Positions 8,708-17,880 of a stretch of DNA of 64,000 nucleotides are shown one piece after another. Each line of letters begins with the position of its first letter. The first letter of the stretch is position 1. The notes under the pieces are model-generated. The model saw only the letters and a program-made list of their open reading frames with translations, was not told the origin of the DNA and did no database searches. A program made the position numbers and the translations under genes. Source of the DNA: a bacterium (GTDB lineage Bacteria > Hydrothermota > 32-111); NCBI GenBank assembly GCA_050239825.1, contig JBFXGO010000006.1:4690-68689 (forward strand). The letters are read 5' to 3'.

Positions 8708-9885
8708 AATCAGCTTTACTATGCGTAGGCGATGAAATTCTAAACGGCGTAATTCTCAACACCAATTCAAGGCATCTCAATTCTTTTATGCACCAAAAAG
8801 GCTGGCAGGTGATAGAGGAGAGGGTTGTAAAAGACAGCATTGATGATATAGCCGAATCAGTCGCAGAACTCATCGGAAAATGCAATCTGCTTTTGGTGAC
8901 AGGCGGTCTGGGCCCCACATTTGACGATAAAACCGTGGATGGCGTTGCCAAAGCCCTTAAAAGAAGGGTTGTAGAAAGCAGAAAGATGAGAACAAGGGCA
9001 AAAAAGCATATGAAGAACAAAAACGAGCTGCTTCTCGCCAGACAGTCAAGAATGGTTGAAAAAGCAGTTTTAATAGATAATTCGGCAGGCATTGCAATGT
9101 GTCAAAAATTATCGGTGCAGGGATGCGATATATACCTGCTGCCCGGAGTTCCTTCGGAAGTGGAATGGATTGTTACGAATAAACTAAACAAAGAAATTCC
9201 TTCAGCTGATTTTAAAGAATACAAACTAAGACTTTTTGATGCAACAGAGACAGCGGTGCACATTAAGCTATGTGAAAAATTCGGAGAGGATAAGACAGGA
9301 GCTGTATCATTTCTGCCATCTACGGGAAGTTTGCTTCTTATTACAGCAGATAAAAACATCATACTGCATGCGCGAAAAGCTTTTCCCGAAAATTACGCCT
9401 TGTCAGGCGACAAGCCGATAGAGAGGATGCTTCTGGAAGAGATGAAGAGAAGAAATCTTTCTCTTGCTTTGGCTGAGTCGTGCACCGGGGGAGCCATCAG
9501 CTCTCTTATTACAAGTGTTGAAGGGAGTAGTAAAGTTTTTAAGGGATGCGCTGTCGTCTATTCAAATGAGGCAAAGGAGAAGATTCTTGGAATTAACAAA
9601 AGGATTATTGACAGATATGGAGCAGTGAGCAGAGAGACCGCGGAGAGAATGGCAGAGAGAGTTTGCTCTATATTTAAAACAGATGCTTCAATTGCGGTGA
9701 CTGGAATAGCCGGTCCGGGAGGCGGATCAAATAATAAACCAGTAGGACTTGTATATATATCCACCAATTATAAAAACAGAGTGGTTACATTGGAACGGAA
9801 ATTCAGCGGCGGCAGGAACTCTGTGAAAATGAAGAGTTCTGTCATAGCCCTTTTTAACCTTTTAAGGAGAGTGATTAATGAGTAA
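8704..9885 (+). CDS. cinA: CinA family protein (MoCF-like N-domain plus nicotinamide-nucleotide amidohydrolase PncC domain)
   Basis: Start MKSALLCVGDEILNG has an ATGA overlap with the pgpA stop. LLVTGGLGPT is present. The C-terminal part carries LALAESCTGGAISSLIT..GSS..FKG..VVYSNEAK..LG. Confidence 0.85.
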   Translation: MKSALLCVGDEILNGVILNTNSRHLNSFMHQKGWQVIEERVVKDSIDDIAESVAELIGKCNLLLVTGGLGPTFDDKTVDGVAKALKRRVVESRKMRTRAKKHMKNKNELLLARQSRMVEKAVLIDNSAGIAMCQKLSVQGCDIYLLPGVPSEVEWIVTNKLNKEIPSADFKEYKLRLFDATETAVHIKLCEKFGEDKTGAVSFLPSTGSLLLITADKNIILHARKAFPENYALSGDKPIERMLLEEMKRRNLSLALAESCTGGAISSLITSVEGSSKVFKGCAVVYSNEAKEKILGINKRIIDRYGAVSRETAERMAERVCSIFKTDASIAVTGIAGPGGGSNNKPVGLVYISTNYKNRVVTLERKFSGGRNSVKMKSSVIALFNLLRRVINE

Positions 9886-10444
9886 AAGGCTTTTTATTGC
9901 TTACAAAATTCCGACAGATTTAAGAAACGATCTGCTCGTGGCGCAACACAAGCTAAAGAACAATCTGCAGCTACAGGGCATTAGCTGGGTAAAACCTGAC
10001 AACATGCATATTACTGTTGCTTTTTTGGGGCAAGTCGAGGAAAGAATGATAAGTTCGCTTGAAGATATTGTGAGGACACAATCATTTTCAGTATGTACTG
10101 TAAGAGGAGACAAAATGTCCTTTTTTTTAAGGAATAATGTTCCTTCAATACTCTACTATAGCCTTGCAAATACTGCAGAGCTGGAAAGAACGGCCAATGA
10201 CATTAGGGGAAGGCTTGTGGATAAGAATATTGATTTCGACAGGAAGCTGTTTAATCCGCACATCACTATGGCGAGAATCAAGGATGAGGAGAGTGGAAAT
10301 TCACTAAAAGAGTATATACTTGGAAAACCCGAATCTGTACAGCAGACAACTTATAAAATATCATCAATCACATTGTATGAATCGCGTTTTTCGGAAAGCG
10401 GTCCGCAGTATGTTTCACTGTTTGAAAAAAATCAGGAGGTATAA
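9878..10444 (+). CDS. thpR: RNA 2',3'-cyclic phosphodiesterase / 2'-5' RNA ligase family (2H phosphoesterase)
   Basis: Two HxT motifs are present (HITVAFLG and HITMARI) at the spacing expected for the LigT/ThpR family. Confidence 0.8.
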   Translation: MSKRLFIAYKIPTDLRNDLLVAQHKLKNNLQLQGISWVKPDNMHITVAFLGQVEERMISSLEDIVRTQSFSVCTVRGDKMSFFLRNNVPSILYYSLANTAELERTANDIRGRLVDKNIDFDRKLFNPHITMARIKDEESGNSLKEYILGKPESVQQTTYKISSITLYESRFSESGPQYVSLFEKNQEV

Positions 10445-11470
10445 ATGGATAGCAACAAATTGAAGTCATTGGATCTTACGCTGAAGCAGATTGAAAAAGA
10501 GTATGGAAAAGGCTCAGTGATGAGACTTGGAGAGAGGCCGAATGTAGCCGGAGATATAATCTCCACAGGTTCTATTTCAATAGATGCGGCTCTGGGAATA
10601 GGCGGAGTGCCAAGGGGAAGAATTGTCGAAATATACGGGTCTGAAGCCAGCGGGAAAACAACTCTTGCGCTTCAGATTGCAGCTCAGGCACAGAAAGCGG
10701 GAGGCATAGCGGCATACATAGACGCAGAGCATGCTCTTGACCCTCAGTATGCGCAGAAGTTGGGTGTTGACATTGACAATCTTTACATCTCCCAACCGGA
10801 TACAGGAGAGCAGGCTTTGGAGATAACGGAAATGCTTGTAAGGAGCGGAAGCGTAGACATTGTTGTGATAGATTCTGTGGCGGCTCTCACGCCCAAGGCG
10901 GAGATAGAGGGAGATATGGGAGATTCCCACATGGGGCTTCAGGCAAGACTCATGTCGCAGGCATTGAGGAAACTCACTGCTGTGATAAACAGGTCAAAGA
11001 CCTCTGTGGTTTTCATAAATCAGGTAAGGTACAAAATAGGAGTTATGTTCGGCAATCCCATGACCACTCCGGGCGGACTCGCCTTGAAATTTCATTCTTC
11101 TATAAGGATGGAAGTGCGCAGGGTAACTTCAATAAAGTCGGGAGAGGAGGAGATAGGCAATATAGTAGAGGTCAAAGTGGTTAAAAACAAAGTTGCTCCT
11201 CCATTCAAGCGCGCGCAAGTGTCAATATATTTTGGAGAGGGTGTATCCAGAGAGGGAGAGATAGTCGATATGGCGACGAATCTGAACATAATAGAGAAGA
11301 CCGGAGCATGGTATGCTTACGGCAATAACAAACTTGGACAGGGAAGGGAGAATATAAGGCAGTTCCTAAAGGATAACAAACAGGTTGCTGATGAGATAGA
11401 GGGCAAAATAAGAAAAGCCATGGGAATAGCAATTGAAGATAACAAAAATAGAGAGAGCAAAGAAAAATAA
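10445..11470 (+). CDS. recA: Recombinase RecA
   Basis: [14 protein letters not shown], Walker [27 protein letters not shown] and VVIDSVAAL are canonical RecA motifs. Confidence 0.97.
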   Translation: MDSNKLKSLDLTLKQIEKEYGKGSVMRLGERPNVAGDIISTGSISIDAALGIGGVPRGRIVEIYGSEASGKTTLALQIAAQAQKAGGIAAYIDAEHALDPQYAQKLGVDIDNLYISQPDTGEQALEITEMLVRSGSVDIVVIDSVAALTPKAEIEGDMGDSHMGLQARLMSQALRKLTAVINRSKTSVVFINQVRYKIGVMFGNPMTTPGGLALKFHSSIRMEVRRVTSIKSGEEEIGNIVEVKVVKNKVAPPFKRAQVSIYFGEGVSREGEIVDMATNLNIIEKTGAWYAYGNNKLGQGRENIRQFLKDNKQVADEIEGKIRKAMGIAIEDNKNRESKEK

Positions 11471-12038
11471 ATTTAAAGTTAACATCTTTATAGACGGAGA
11501 GTTCTCATTCTCCGTTTATGAGGATGTCTTTTTGAAGATGAAAATTCAGAAAGATATGGAAATTGACGGCAGTTTCATAGAAAAGGCGAAATCTGCAAGT
11601 GAATTTGAACGCAACAAACTCTACCTTCTGAATATACTTTCAAGGAAAAATTACACTGAAAGAGAGCTTCACACAAAGCTTATGCAGAGAAAGGTGGAGA
11701 GGGAGAGCGCCGAGTCATTGATAGAGAACATCAGAAGAATGGGGTTTCTTGACGATGACAAATACATCAAAGATTATATGAATTTTCTAATGGATTCAAA
11801 GAAGTATTCCAAGCAGGAAATATTTCAAAAAATGAGAATGAAATTTAATGATGAAGAAAAAATGAAAGAGTGTGAAGTCGCACTGAAAGAGTATGATGAA
11901 AAAGAGGTTTTAAAGAAACTGATGAAAAAAATAAAATCGGACATTGATAAAAATAAAATAATTTCACGCCTTATGAGAAAGGGTTTTAAATATGAAGATA
12001 TATCGGATATCATGAAAACAATCCAAAAGGAGGATTAA
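11433..12038 (+). CDS. recX: RecA regulator RecX
   Basis: Sits immediately downstream of and overlapping recA (TTG start, 38-nt overlap). Helical repeat protein ([13 protein letters not shown]...DDDKYIKDY...) typical of RecX. Start codon is uncertain. Confidence 0.7.
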   Translation: MKITKIERAKKNKFKVNIFIDGEFSFSVYEDVFLKMKIQKDMEIDGSFIEKAKSASEFERNKLYLLNILSRKNYTERELHTKLMQRKVERESAESLIENIRRMGFLDDDKYIKDYMNFLMDSKKYSKQEIFQKMRMKFNDEEKMKECEVALKEYDEKEVLKKLMKKIKSDIDKNKIISRLMRKGFKYEDISDIMKTIQKED

Positions 12039-12039
12039 A

Positions 12040-12945
12040 ATGGCGCTTTTTTTATTAATACTGGCTATAGCAATTATTATTGTCTGGACCAGGTTTTTCC
12101 CAAAATTCCACTTAAACAGAAAGACGATAATTGTGTGGGGTTCAATTGTGATTTTGTTTGTGATACTGGCTTCAACTGTAAGAGTTGTTCAGCCGGGAAC
12201 CGTCGGAGTGCAGGTGCTTTTCGGAAATGTCTATAAGAAAGTTCTCTCCAACGGGCTTCATTTTGTTTTTCCTTTTGTCGAAGTGAAGACCATGGATGTG
12301 AGAGTGCAGGATTATACAATGTCTGTGGCTCAGGAGGAGGGTGTTCGGAAGGGAGATGACGGAATTACTTCCCTTACAAAAGACGGCCTTCAGATAAATC
12401 TTGACATTACGGTTTGGTATCAGCTGAAGAGCGATAAAGCTGCCGAAGTTTATCAGAATATTGGAAAGGATTATGTGGAAAAAATTGTCCGCCCGGCTAT
12501 AAGGACTGCAATCAGGAATGCCACGGTTCTTTATAATGTAACTGAAATCTATTCTTTAAAGAGAGAGGAATTGACGGATATAATCTTCACAGAACTGCAT
12601 AAGAATCTTTCCGATAAGGGAATAATATGCGATAAAGTTCTTCTCAGAAACATTGACCTTCCGCAGAAGGTCAAGAATGCCATTGATGAGAAGATCGCCG
12701 CCGAGCAGGAGGCGCAGAAGATGGTTTATATACTTGAAAAGGAACAGCGCGAAAAAGAAAGAAAATTGATAGAAGCAGAGGGCATTGCAGTATCCCAGAA
12801 AAAGATTTCCGAATCGCTCAACAAACAGTATCTGCAGTGGTACTATATTCAGAATCTCAAAGAGGTTCTGAATTCAAACAATACAAAGGTCGTCATAATG
12901 CCTTATGACAAGACTCTCACTCCGCTTCTCAATATAGGCCAATGA
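12040..12945 (+). CDS. SPFH/band 7 (prohibitin/HflC-like) membrane protein
   Basis: N-terminal TM helix, then VVQPGTVGVQVLFG...LTKDGLQINLDITVWYQL...IVRPAIRTAIRN and a coiled-coil EQEAQK tail. This is the SPFH domain pattern. Confidence 0.85.
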   Translation: MALFLLILAIAIIIVWTRFFPKFHLNRKTIIVWGSIVILFVILASTVRVVQPGTVGVQVLFGNVYKKVLSNGLHFVFPFVEVKTMDVRVQDYTMSVAQEEGVRKGDDGITSLTKDGLQINLDITVWYQLKSDKAAEVYQNIGKDYVEKIVRPAIRTAIRNATVLYNVTEIYSLKREELTDIIFTELHKNLSDKGIICDKVLLRNIDLPQKVKNAIDEKIAAEQEAQKMVYILEKEQREKERKLIEAEGIAVSQKKISESLNKQYLQWYYIQNLKEVLNSNNTKVVIMPYDKTLTPLLNIGQ

Positions 12946-14150
12946 CAGAATATCTGAAACTGCTTTCGGTTTTGGCTCTTATAGTTGCCATGATGAGAAT
13001 TAAGATAGGCATGGGTATATCCCTTATAGTCTCATCTCTTCTTATAGGGTTTCTCTTCTTTGAATCTTTTCTCGAAATTCCTATAGTGTTTTATCAATCA
13101 GTCACTTCGTATACGACAATAAAGACTGTTCTCATTGTCTACGGAGTTCTTCTTCTCTCGTATGTGATGAAAGAGAGGCAGATAGACAGAATGATAGGCG
13201 GTCTTACACAGCTTTTCAGGAGCATTAAGTACGCCATTATAGTTCCGCCGATGCTTTTAGGTCTTCTTCCGATGCCGGGCGGCGCGATGCTGCCAGCCGC
13301 AATAATTGATTCTATGGGTACTCCGCTCAAGCTTACCCCTGAGCAAAAAACTTATATCAATTATTGGTTCAGGCATATTTGGGAATACTTCTGGCCTCTA
13401 TATCCCGGGCTTATTCTTACTGCTTCTATCATGCAGATTTCAATAAAAAGAATAATGGTCCACCAGTTTTATCTTACAATACTTGCTTTCGTTATAGGGC
13501 TGATTGTGATTTATCTCATAAAGGGCAATGCGTCAAATGAGGCAAGAAAAAATGCAAAGGACGGTTTAACTGCTCTTGTCAGGTCAATTCTGCCGATTCT
13601 CATAATGATACTTCTCATTATAGCCACTCCTGTCAGCGAAGAGATAATAGTTCTCGGAGTCACCTTCATTTATCTGATTGTAACTAAAATGCCTTTTAAG
13701 AAGAAAGTCGAATCATTGTTTAAAAGCGTCTCCGCAGAATCTATGCTTCTGATTCTCGGAGTGATGATCTTCAAGGACTTTCTGATTGCTTCCAAGTCGC
13801 TTGATTCAATCGCCGGCTCTATGAGCAGAGAAGTCTCCATATATGGTCTTCTCGTCATAATGCCTTTTCTGATGGGTTTTTTAACCGGAATAAATCAGGC
13901 TTATGTCGGAATAGCCCTCCCGATAGCGGCGCAGTTGATTTTGTCTCAGGGAGGAATTGATTTTACAAAGCTCACTCTCTTCTATGCGGCCGGTTTTGCC
14001 GGGGTGTTGCTATCTCCTGTTCATCTGTGTCTGTCACTTACAAAAGAGTATTACAAGGCTGAGTGGCCGAAGATATATAAAATGCTTATTCCCTCGGTTA
14101 TACCCATCTTGCTTATTCCTATTCTGATTTACATGTTTTTTGGCAAATAA
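12942..14150 (+). CDS. Polytopic integral membrane protein, DUF401-like (ion-transporter superfamily-like)
   Basis: About 10-12 hydrophobic segments. YINYWFRHIWEYFWPLYPG resembles the DUF401 family. Overlaps the SPFH gene by 4 nt. Family assignment is from memory only. Confidence 0.5.
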   Translation: MTEYLKLLSVLALIVAMMRIKIGMGISLIVSSLLIGFLFFESFLEIPIVFYQSVTSYTTIKTVLIVYGVLLLSYVMKERQIDRMIGGLTQLFRSIKYAIIVPPMLLGLLPMPGGAMLPAAIIDSMGTPLKLTPEQKTYINYWFRHIWEYFWPLYPGLILTASIMQISIKRIMVHQFYLTILAFVIGLIVIYLIKGNASNEARKNAKDGLTALVRSILPILIMILLIIATPVSEEIIVLGVTFIYLIVTKMPFKKKVESLFKSVSAESMLLILGVMIFKDFLIASKSLDSIAGSMSREVSIYGLLVIMPFLMGFLTGINQAYVGIALPIAAQLILSQGGIDFTKLTLFYAAGFAGVLLSPVHLCLSLTKEYYKAEWPKIYKMLIPSVIPILLIPILIYMFFGK

Positions 14151-14163
14151 AGAAGGAGAACAA

Positions 14164-14586
14164 ATGAAAAAATGGATTATTGGAGTTCTAATTTTTATCG
14201 CAACTGTTTCGATAGGTTGCTTCAAAAAGAATGACGAACAGGCTGTTAAAAATGTCATTATTGGAAACATCGAGGCGATGAACAGAGAAGATATCAAATG
14301 GTATATGTCAACAATTTATGATGACGGAACAGACAATTATGATTCACTTGAGGTGATGCTCACTGATATTTTTGCCAAGTTCAGCATTGAAATTGAAATA
14401 CTAAGCATTGAGATAGTTGAAATAGGAGATGATGTCGCAAAAGCGCGTGCAAAGACCTCAACCAAAGTGGATGGAAATTATCCCAACAAAAATAGCAAGG
14501 CGACATCGGTGCACTATCTTGTAAAAGACAATGGAGTATGGAAGATACAGAGCACTATAAATGAGGAAGTCAAATACTTTGATTAG
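14164..14586 (+). CDS. Lipoprotein with NTF2/SnoaL-like fold
   Basis: AAGGAG SD sits 6 nt upstream of the ATG at 14164. Signal peptide with lipobox is MKKWIIGVLIFIATVSIGC. AVKNVIIGNIEAMNREDIKWYMS...VHYLVKDNGVWKIQS resembles the NTF2-like pattern. Confidence 0.6.
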   Translation: MKKWIIGVLIFIATVSIGCFKKNDEQAVKNVIIGNIEAMNREDIKWYMSTIYDDGTDNYDSLEVMLTDIFAKFSIEIEILSIEIVEIGDDVAKARAKTSTKVDGNYPNKNSKATSVHYLVKDNGVWKIQSTINEEVKYFD

Positions 14587-15916
14587 AGTTGTCCTTTATT
14601 TTTTTGAATTCATCCTTTCCGCATAAATATCCGTACAAAAGAGGATATTTTGTTTTTGCCCTTGAAGCTATCAGATCGGATAATTTTCTTATCTCAAGCT
14701 GGGCATGCCTATCGGAACGCAATCTGACAAAATGATAGAGCTCTCTTGAGTTCATCTTTACAAGAACGGCTCTTTTTGATGCATTTAAAGCTGTGTACTG
14801 TAGAATCCCGCCATTCTGCCTTCTAATAATTTTGTCTGTCTTCATCGATAATTCGGCTATTGCATTCAATTTTTCTTCAAGAGGTGTATTGAGGAATGAT
14901 TCAGGGATATATGGTTTTTCTTTCAATGAGTATGCCTGAGGTATAATTGTCGACATCCTGTGTCTCTTCAGCTGTGCAAAACAAGAGGCGGAGCAGTAAA
15001 CGACAAATTTCACATCCGGCATCTCAAACTCCCTCGGGATGCGGTCATACTCATTGACCGAAAGAAGCAGTGATGCAATTCTTTCGTATGAATTCTCGGC
15101 AAGTCTCGCAGAATGCTTTAACTTTTCTCCGTTTCTGGAAAAGTTTAAAGTATTAATCAACTCCGCCTCCTGATTATTTGAGAAGACCAGCATCTCTACT
15201 GCATCAGCAGGAAACTTATGTTTCACCGAAGAATAAGATTTTTTCAAGAAATTTCTTTTATCTGTGTACTTGATTATAGAAGGAGCAATTCCTTCAACCT
15301 GTTTCAAAAGTGCGTCGCCGATATCCTTCAACTCGCATGAATCCTGAGACCTCAGGTCGGAAATAAGGTACTCAAGCTCTCTTCCGTTTATAGTGAGTCC
15401 GCATTGGGTGTTTGTCGAAAGCGGAAGAAAATATCTGGCATCCTCATTTGTCTCTGTCTTCGAAAGATTCATTTTTGAAAGATAATTTTTAGCATTGGAA
15501 TATTCATCAAAGCATCTTCCGCAGAAAGATTTATATGCCTTTATTGCTTTGCCGTCGCCTTCGATTTCAACCGGCAGATGATAACCTGTATCAAAAGAGA
15601 CATATCTTTGGGATTTTTCAGTATATGATGCAAGTCTGTGGCTCTGTATGTGTTCAATGGCAGCGCGGGAAATCTGCATCAGGTCAAAATTGAAGACGGA
15701 ATGTTCGGCAATTGATGCGTGGCCAAGGCCGAATACAATTGTTTCATTTGATTTTCTGGATTTTTCCACATCAACTCTAGCCTCGTTTCTTAAAATGGGA
15801 ATCTCCTTTTCCGACCTTGAAATTCTGGCATACGCGGCTGATATTGTTTCAGGTGTCAGAGATTTATCTGTAAGACCATCCGAATCCACATTGTATCCGG
15901 AAAGCATTATTTTCAT
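14570..15916 (-). CDS. thyX: FAD-dependent thymidylate synthase ThyX, fused tandem (double-domain) form, 448 aa
   Basis: N-half: ISRSEK...GHASIAEHSVFNF...SRAAIEHIQSHRLASYTEKSQRY. C-half: AQLKRHRMSTIIPQ...YHFVRLRSDRHAQLEIR. The ThyX motifs are split over two repeats. Confidence 0.8.
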   Translation of the reverse strand: MKIMLSGYNVDSDGLTDKSLTPETISAAYARISRSEKEIPILRNEARVDVEKSRKSNETIVFGLGHASIAEHSVFNFDLMQISRAAIEHIQSHRLASYTEKSQRYVSFDTGYHLPVEIEGDGKAIKAYKSFCGRCFDEYSNAKNYLSKMNLSKTETNEDARYFLPLSTNTQCGLTINGRELEYLISDLRSQDSCELKDIGDALLKQVEGIAPSIIKYTDKRNFLKKSYSSVKHKFPADAVEMLVFSNNQEAELINTLNFSRNGEKLKHSARLAENSYERIASLLLSVNEYDRIPREFEMPDVKFVVYCSASCFAQLKRHRMSTIIPQAYSLKEKPYIPESFLNTPLEEKLNAIAELSMKTDKIIRRQNGGILQYTALNASKRAVLVKMNSRELYHFVRLRSDRHAQLEIRKLSDLIASRAKTKYPLLYGYLCGKDEFKKIKDNSNQSI

Positions 15917-17880
15917 TTCTCCTCCGCCATTTTTAAGAGTTCATCCTCCGTAATAATTTTCACAGAGAACTTTTCAGCTTTTTTTAGTTTTGAACCCGGA
16001 CTCTCTCCTACAACAAGATAATCGGTCTTCAAAGAAACATCGCTTTGAACATTGCCGCCCTTTGATAATATGTATTCCTCTGCTTTCTCTCTTGTGAAAT
16101 TTTTTAAAACACCGGTAAGAACAAAAGAAATGCCCTTGAAAGCGCCATCGGCATCAGCGAACCTCATTGCAAGGCCGGCATCTTTGAGTCTCTCTATTTC
16201 ATCCCTGTTGGTTTTATTTTCAAAAAAGAGCAGTATCGCCCTTGCGGATTCCTCTCCGATACCCGGAACTTCAATGAGCTCTTCATAGGTTGAATTTACA
16301 AGGGAATCAATGTTTTTAAACCTTTCGGCGAGCTTTGATGCCGCAAACTCTCCGACATTTCTGATGCCAAATCCGTTTATCAGTTTGGCGAGCGGTCTGC
16401 TTTTTGAATTATCAATTGCATCAAGAAGATTCTGCGCTGTCTTTTCCCTTACTCTCTCAAGAGAGAGAAGGTCTGTTTTGGAAAGTCTGTAAATAGCCGA
16501 AATTGAATTCAGCAGATTGTTTTTAATCAGTCGCTCTACCATCGAAGGGCCCATATTTTCAATATTCATAGCCTTCTTAGAAGCAAAATGCGTCAGCGAG
16601 AGTTCTATTTGTTCGGGACAGCTTCTGTTGATGCATCTCACGGCGACTTCGTCCTCGTACTTAACAAGTTTCTCTCCGCATGAAGGGCATTGTTTTGGTA
16701 TTGATATTTCAGTTTCATTGCCTGACCGCATTTCAGAAACAACCCGCAGAACCTTTGGTATAATCTCGCCGCTCTTCTCTATCTCGACAAAATCCATATT
16801 TTTAAGTCCGAGTCTTGACATCTCTTCAAAATTATGAAGAGTCGCTCTTCTCACGACAGTTCCCGAAAGTCGGACAGGAGTTAAATTAGCCACCGGTGTT
16901 ATTACTCCCGTGCGCCCAACCTGAAAAGAGACACTCTCAAGTTTTGTTACGGCTCGTTTTGGAGTGAATTTGTAAGCGAAAGCCCATTTTGGGGATTTGC
17001 TTGTGAAGCCGACCTTTTCGCGAAGAGACAGCTGGTTGAGTTTTATTACAACCCCGTCAGTTTCGTAAGGAAGAGAGAATCTCTGTTTCTCAAAAGCATC
17101 TTTTGATTTGATAAGATCATCAATGCTCTCAGCCTCTGAAATTATCTGAACAACCGGGAGCTTGAGTTCGGAAAGTTTTTTTAATGTATTTATATGCGTA
17201 TCCGCAATTGGAGTCACGACAGTGTGAATGAGTATGGATAGCTTTCTTTTTGAGACCTCTTCAGCGCTTTGAAGCTTGAGGGTGCCTGATGCCGCATTGC
17301 GCGGATTGGAGAAAGAGTATGTTTCGCTGAGCTTCTCGAATCTTTTCTTTGTAAAAAAAACCTCTCCTCTGACAATTATGTCCCCTTTAATTATTTCGCT
17401 CAGTTTGAGAGGCAGGTCCCTTATAGTGCGGATATTTGATGTCACATCATCTCCCGTCTCTCCGTCTCCGCGCGTCAGAGCCATAAAAAGCTCCGAGTTC
17501 CTGTAAATTATGGAAATGGCAGTCCCGTCAATTTTCGGCTCTACCGAGTATGTAAATCTTTTATCAAGCGACTCCTTTATTCTTGAGTGAAATGATTTAA
17601 GCTCCTCGTCAGAGTATGTATTGTCAAGTGAGTACATTTTCGGCTGATGAATATGTTTTTCAAAATGTTTCAGATTTTTTTCGGATACCCTTTTTGTCGG
17701 AGAATCGGATGCATCAAATTCCGGATGCCTCTCTTCAAGGTCCTTCAACTCTCTGTAAAGAATGTCATATTGATAGTCATCAATCAAAGGGTCATCGAGA
17801 ACATAGTAGTTGTAATCGTATTCCGTTAGGAGTTTTCTTAACTCCAAAATTCGCTTTTCCGCTTCTTCTTTTTCCTTCAT
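15913..17880 (-). CDS. ligA: NAD-dependent DNA ligase LigA
   Basis: Adenylation motif EPKIDGTAISI, Zn finger CPSCGEKLVKYEDEVAVRCINRSCPEQ, HhH region and C-terminal BRCT (ISFVLTGVL...). Start taken at MKEKEE (17880), giving an ATGA overlap with the secA stop. The track ORF extends to 17931. Confidence 0.92.
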   Translation of the reverse strand: MKEKEEAEKRILELRKLLTEYDYNYYVLDDPLIDDYQYDILYRELKDLEERHPEFDASDSPTKRVSEKNLKHFEKHIHQPKMYSLDNTYSDEELKSFHSRIKESLDKRFTYSVEPKIDGTAISIIYRNSELFMALTRGDGETGDDVTSNIRTIRDLPLKLSEIIKGDIIVRGEVFFTKKRFEKLSETYSFSNPRNAASGTLKLQSAEEVSKRKLSILIHTVVTPIADTHINTLKKLSELKLPVVQIISEAESIDDLIKSKDAFEKQRFSLPYETDGVVIKLNQLSLREKVGFTSKSPKWAFAYKFTPKRAVTKLESVSFQVGRTGVITPVANLTPVRLSGTVVRRATLHNFEEMSRLGLKNMDFVEIEKSGEIIPKVLRVVSEMRSGNETEISIPKQCPSCGEKLVKYEDEVAVRCINRSCPEQIELSLTHFASKKAMNIENMGPSMVERLIKNNLLNSISAIYRLSKTDLLSLERVREKTAQNLLDAIDNSKSRPLAKLINGFGIRNVGEFAASKLAERFKNIDSLVNSTYEELIEVPGIGEESARAILLFFENKTNRDEIERLKDAGLAMRFADADGAFKGISFVLTGVLKNFTREKAEEYILSKGGNVQSDVSLKTDYLVVGESPGSKLKKAEKFSVKIITEDELLKMAEEK

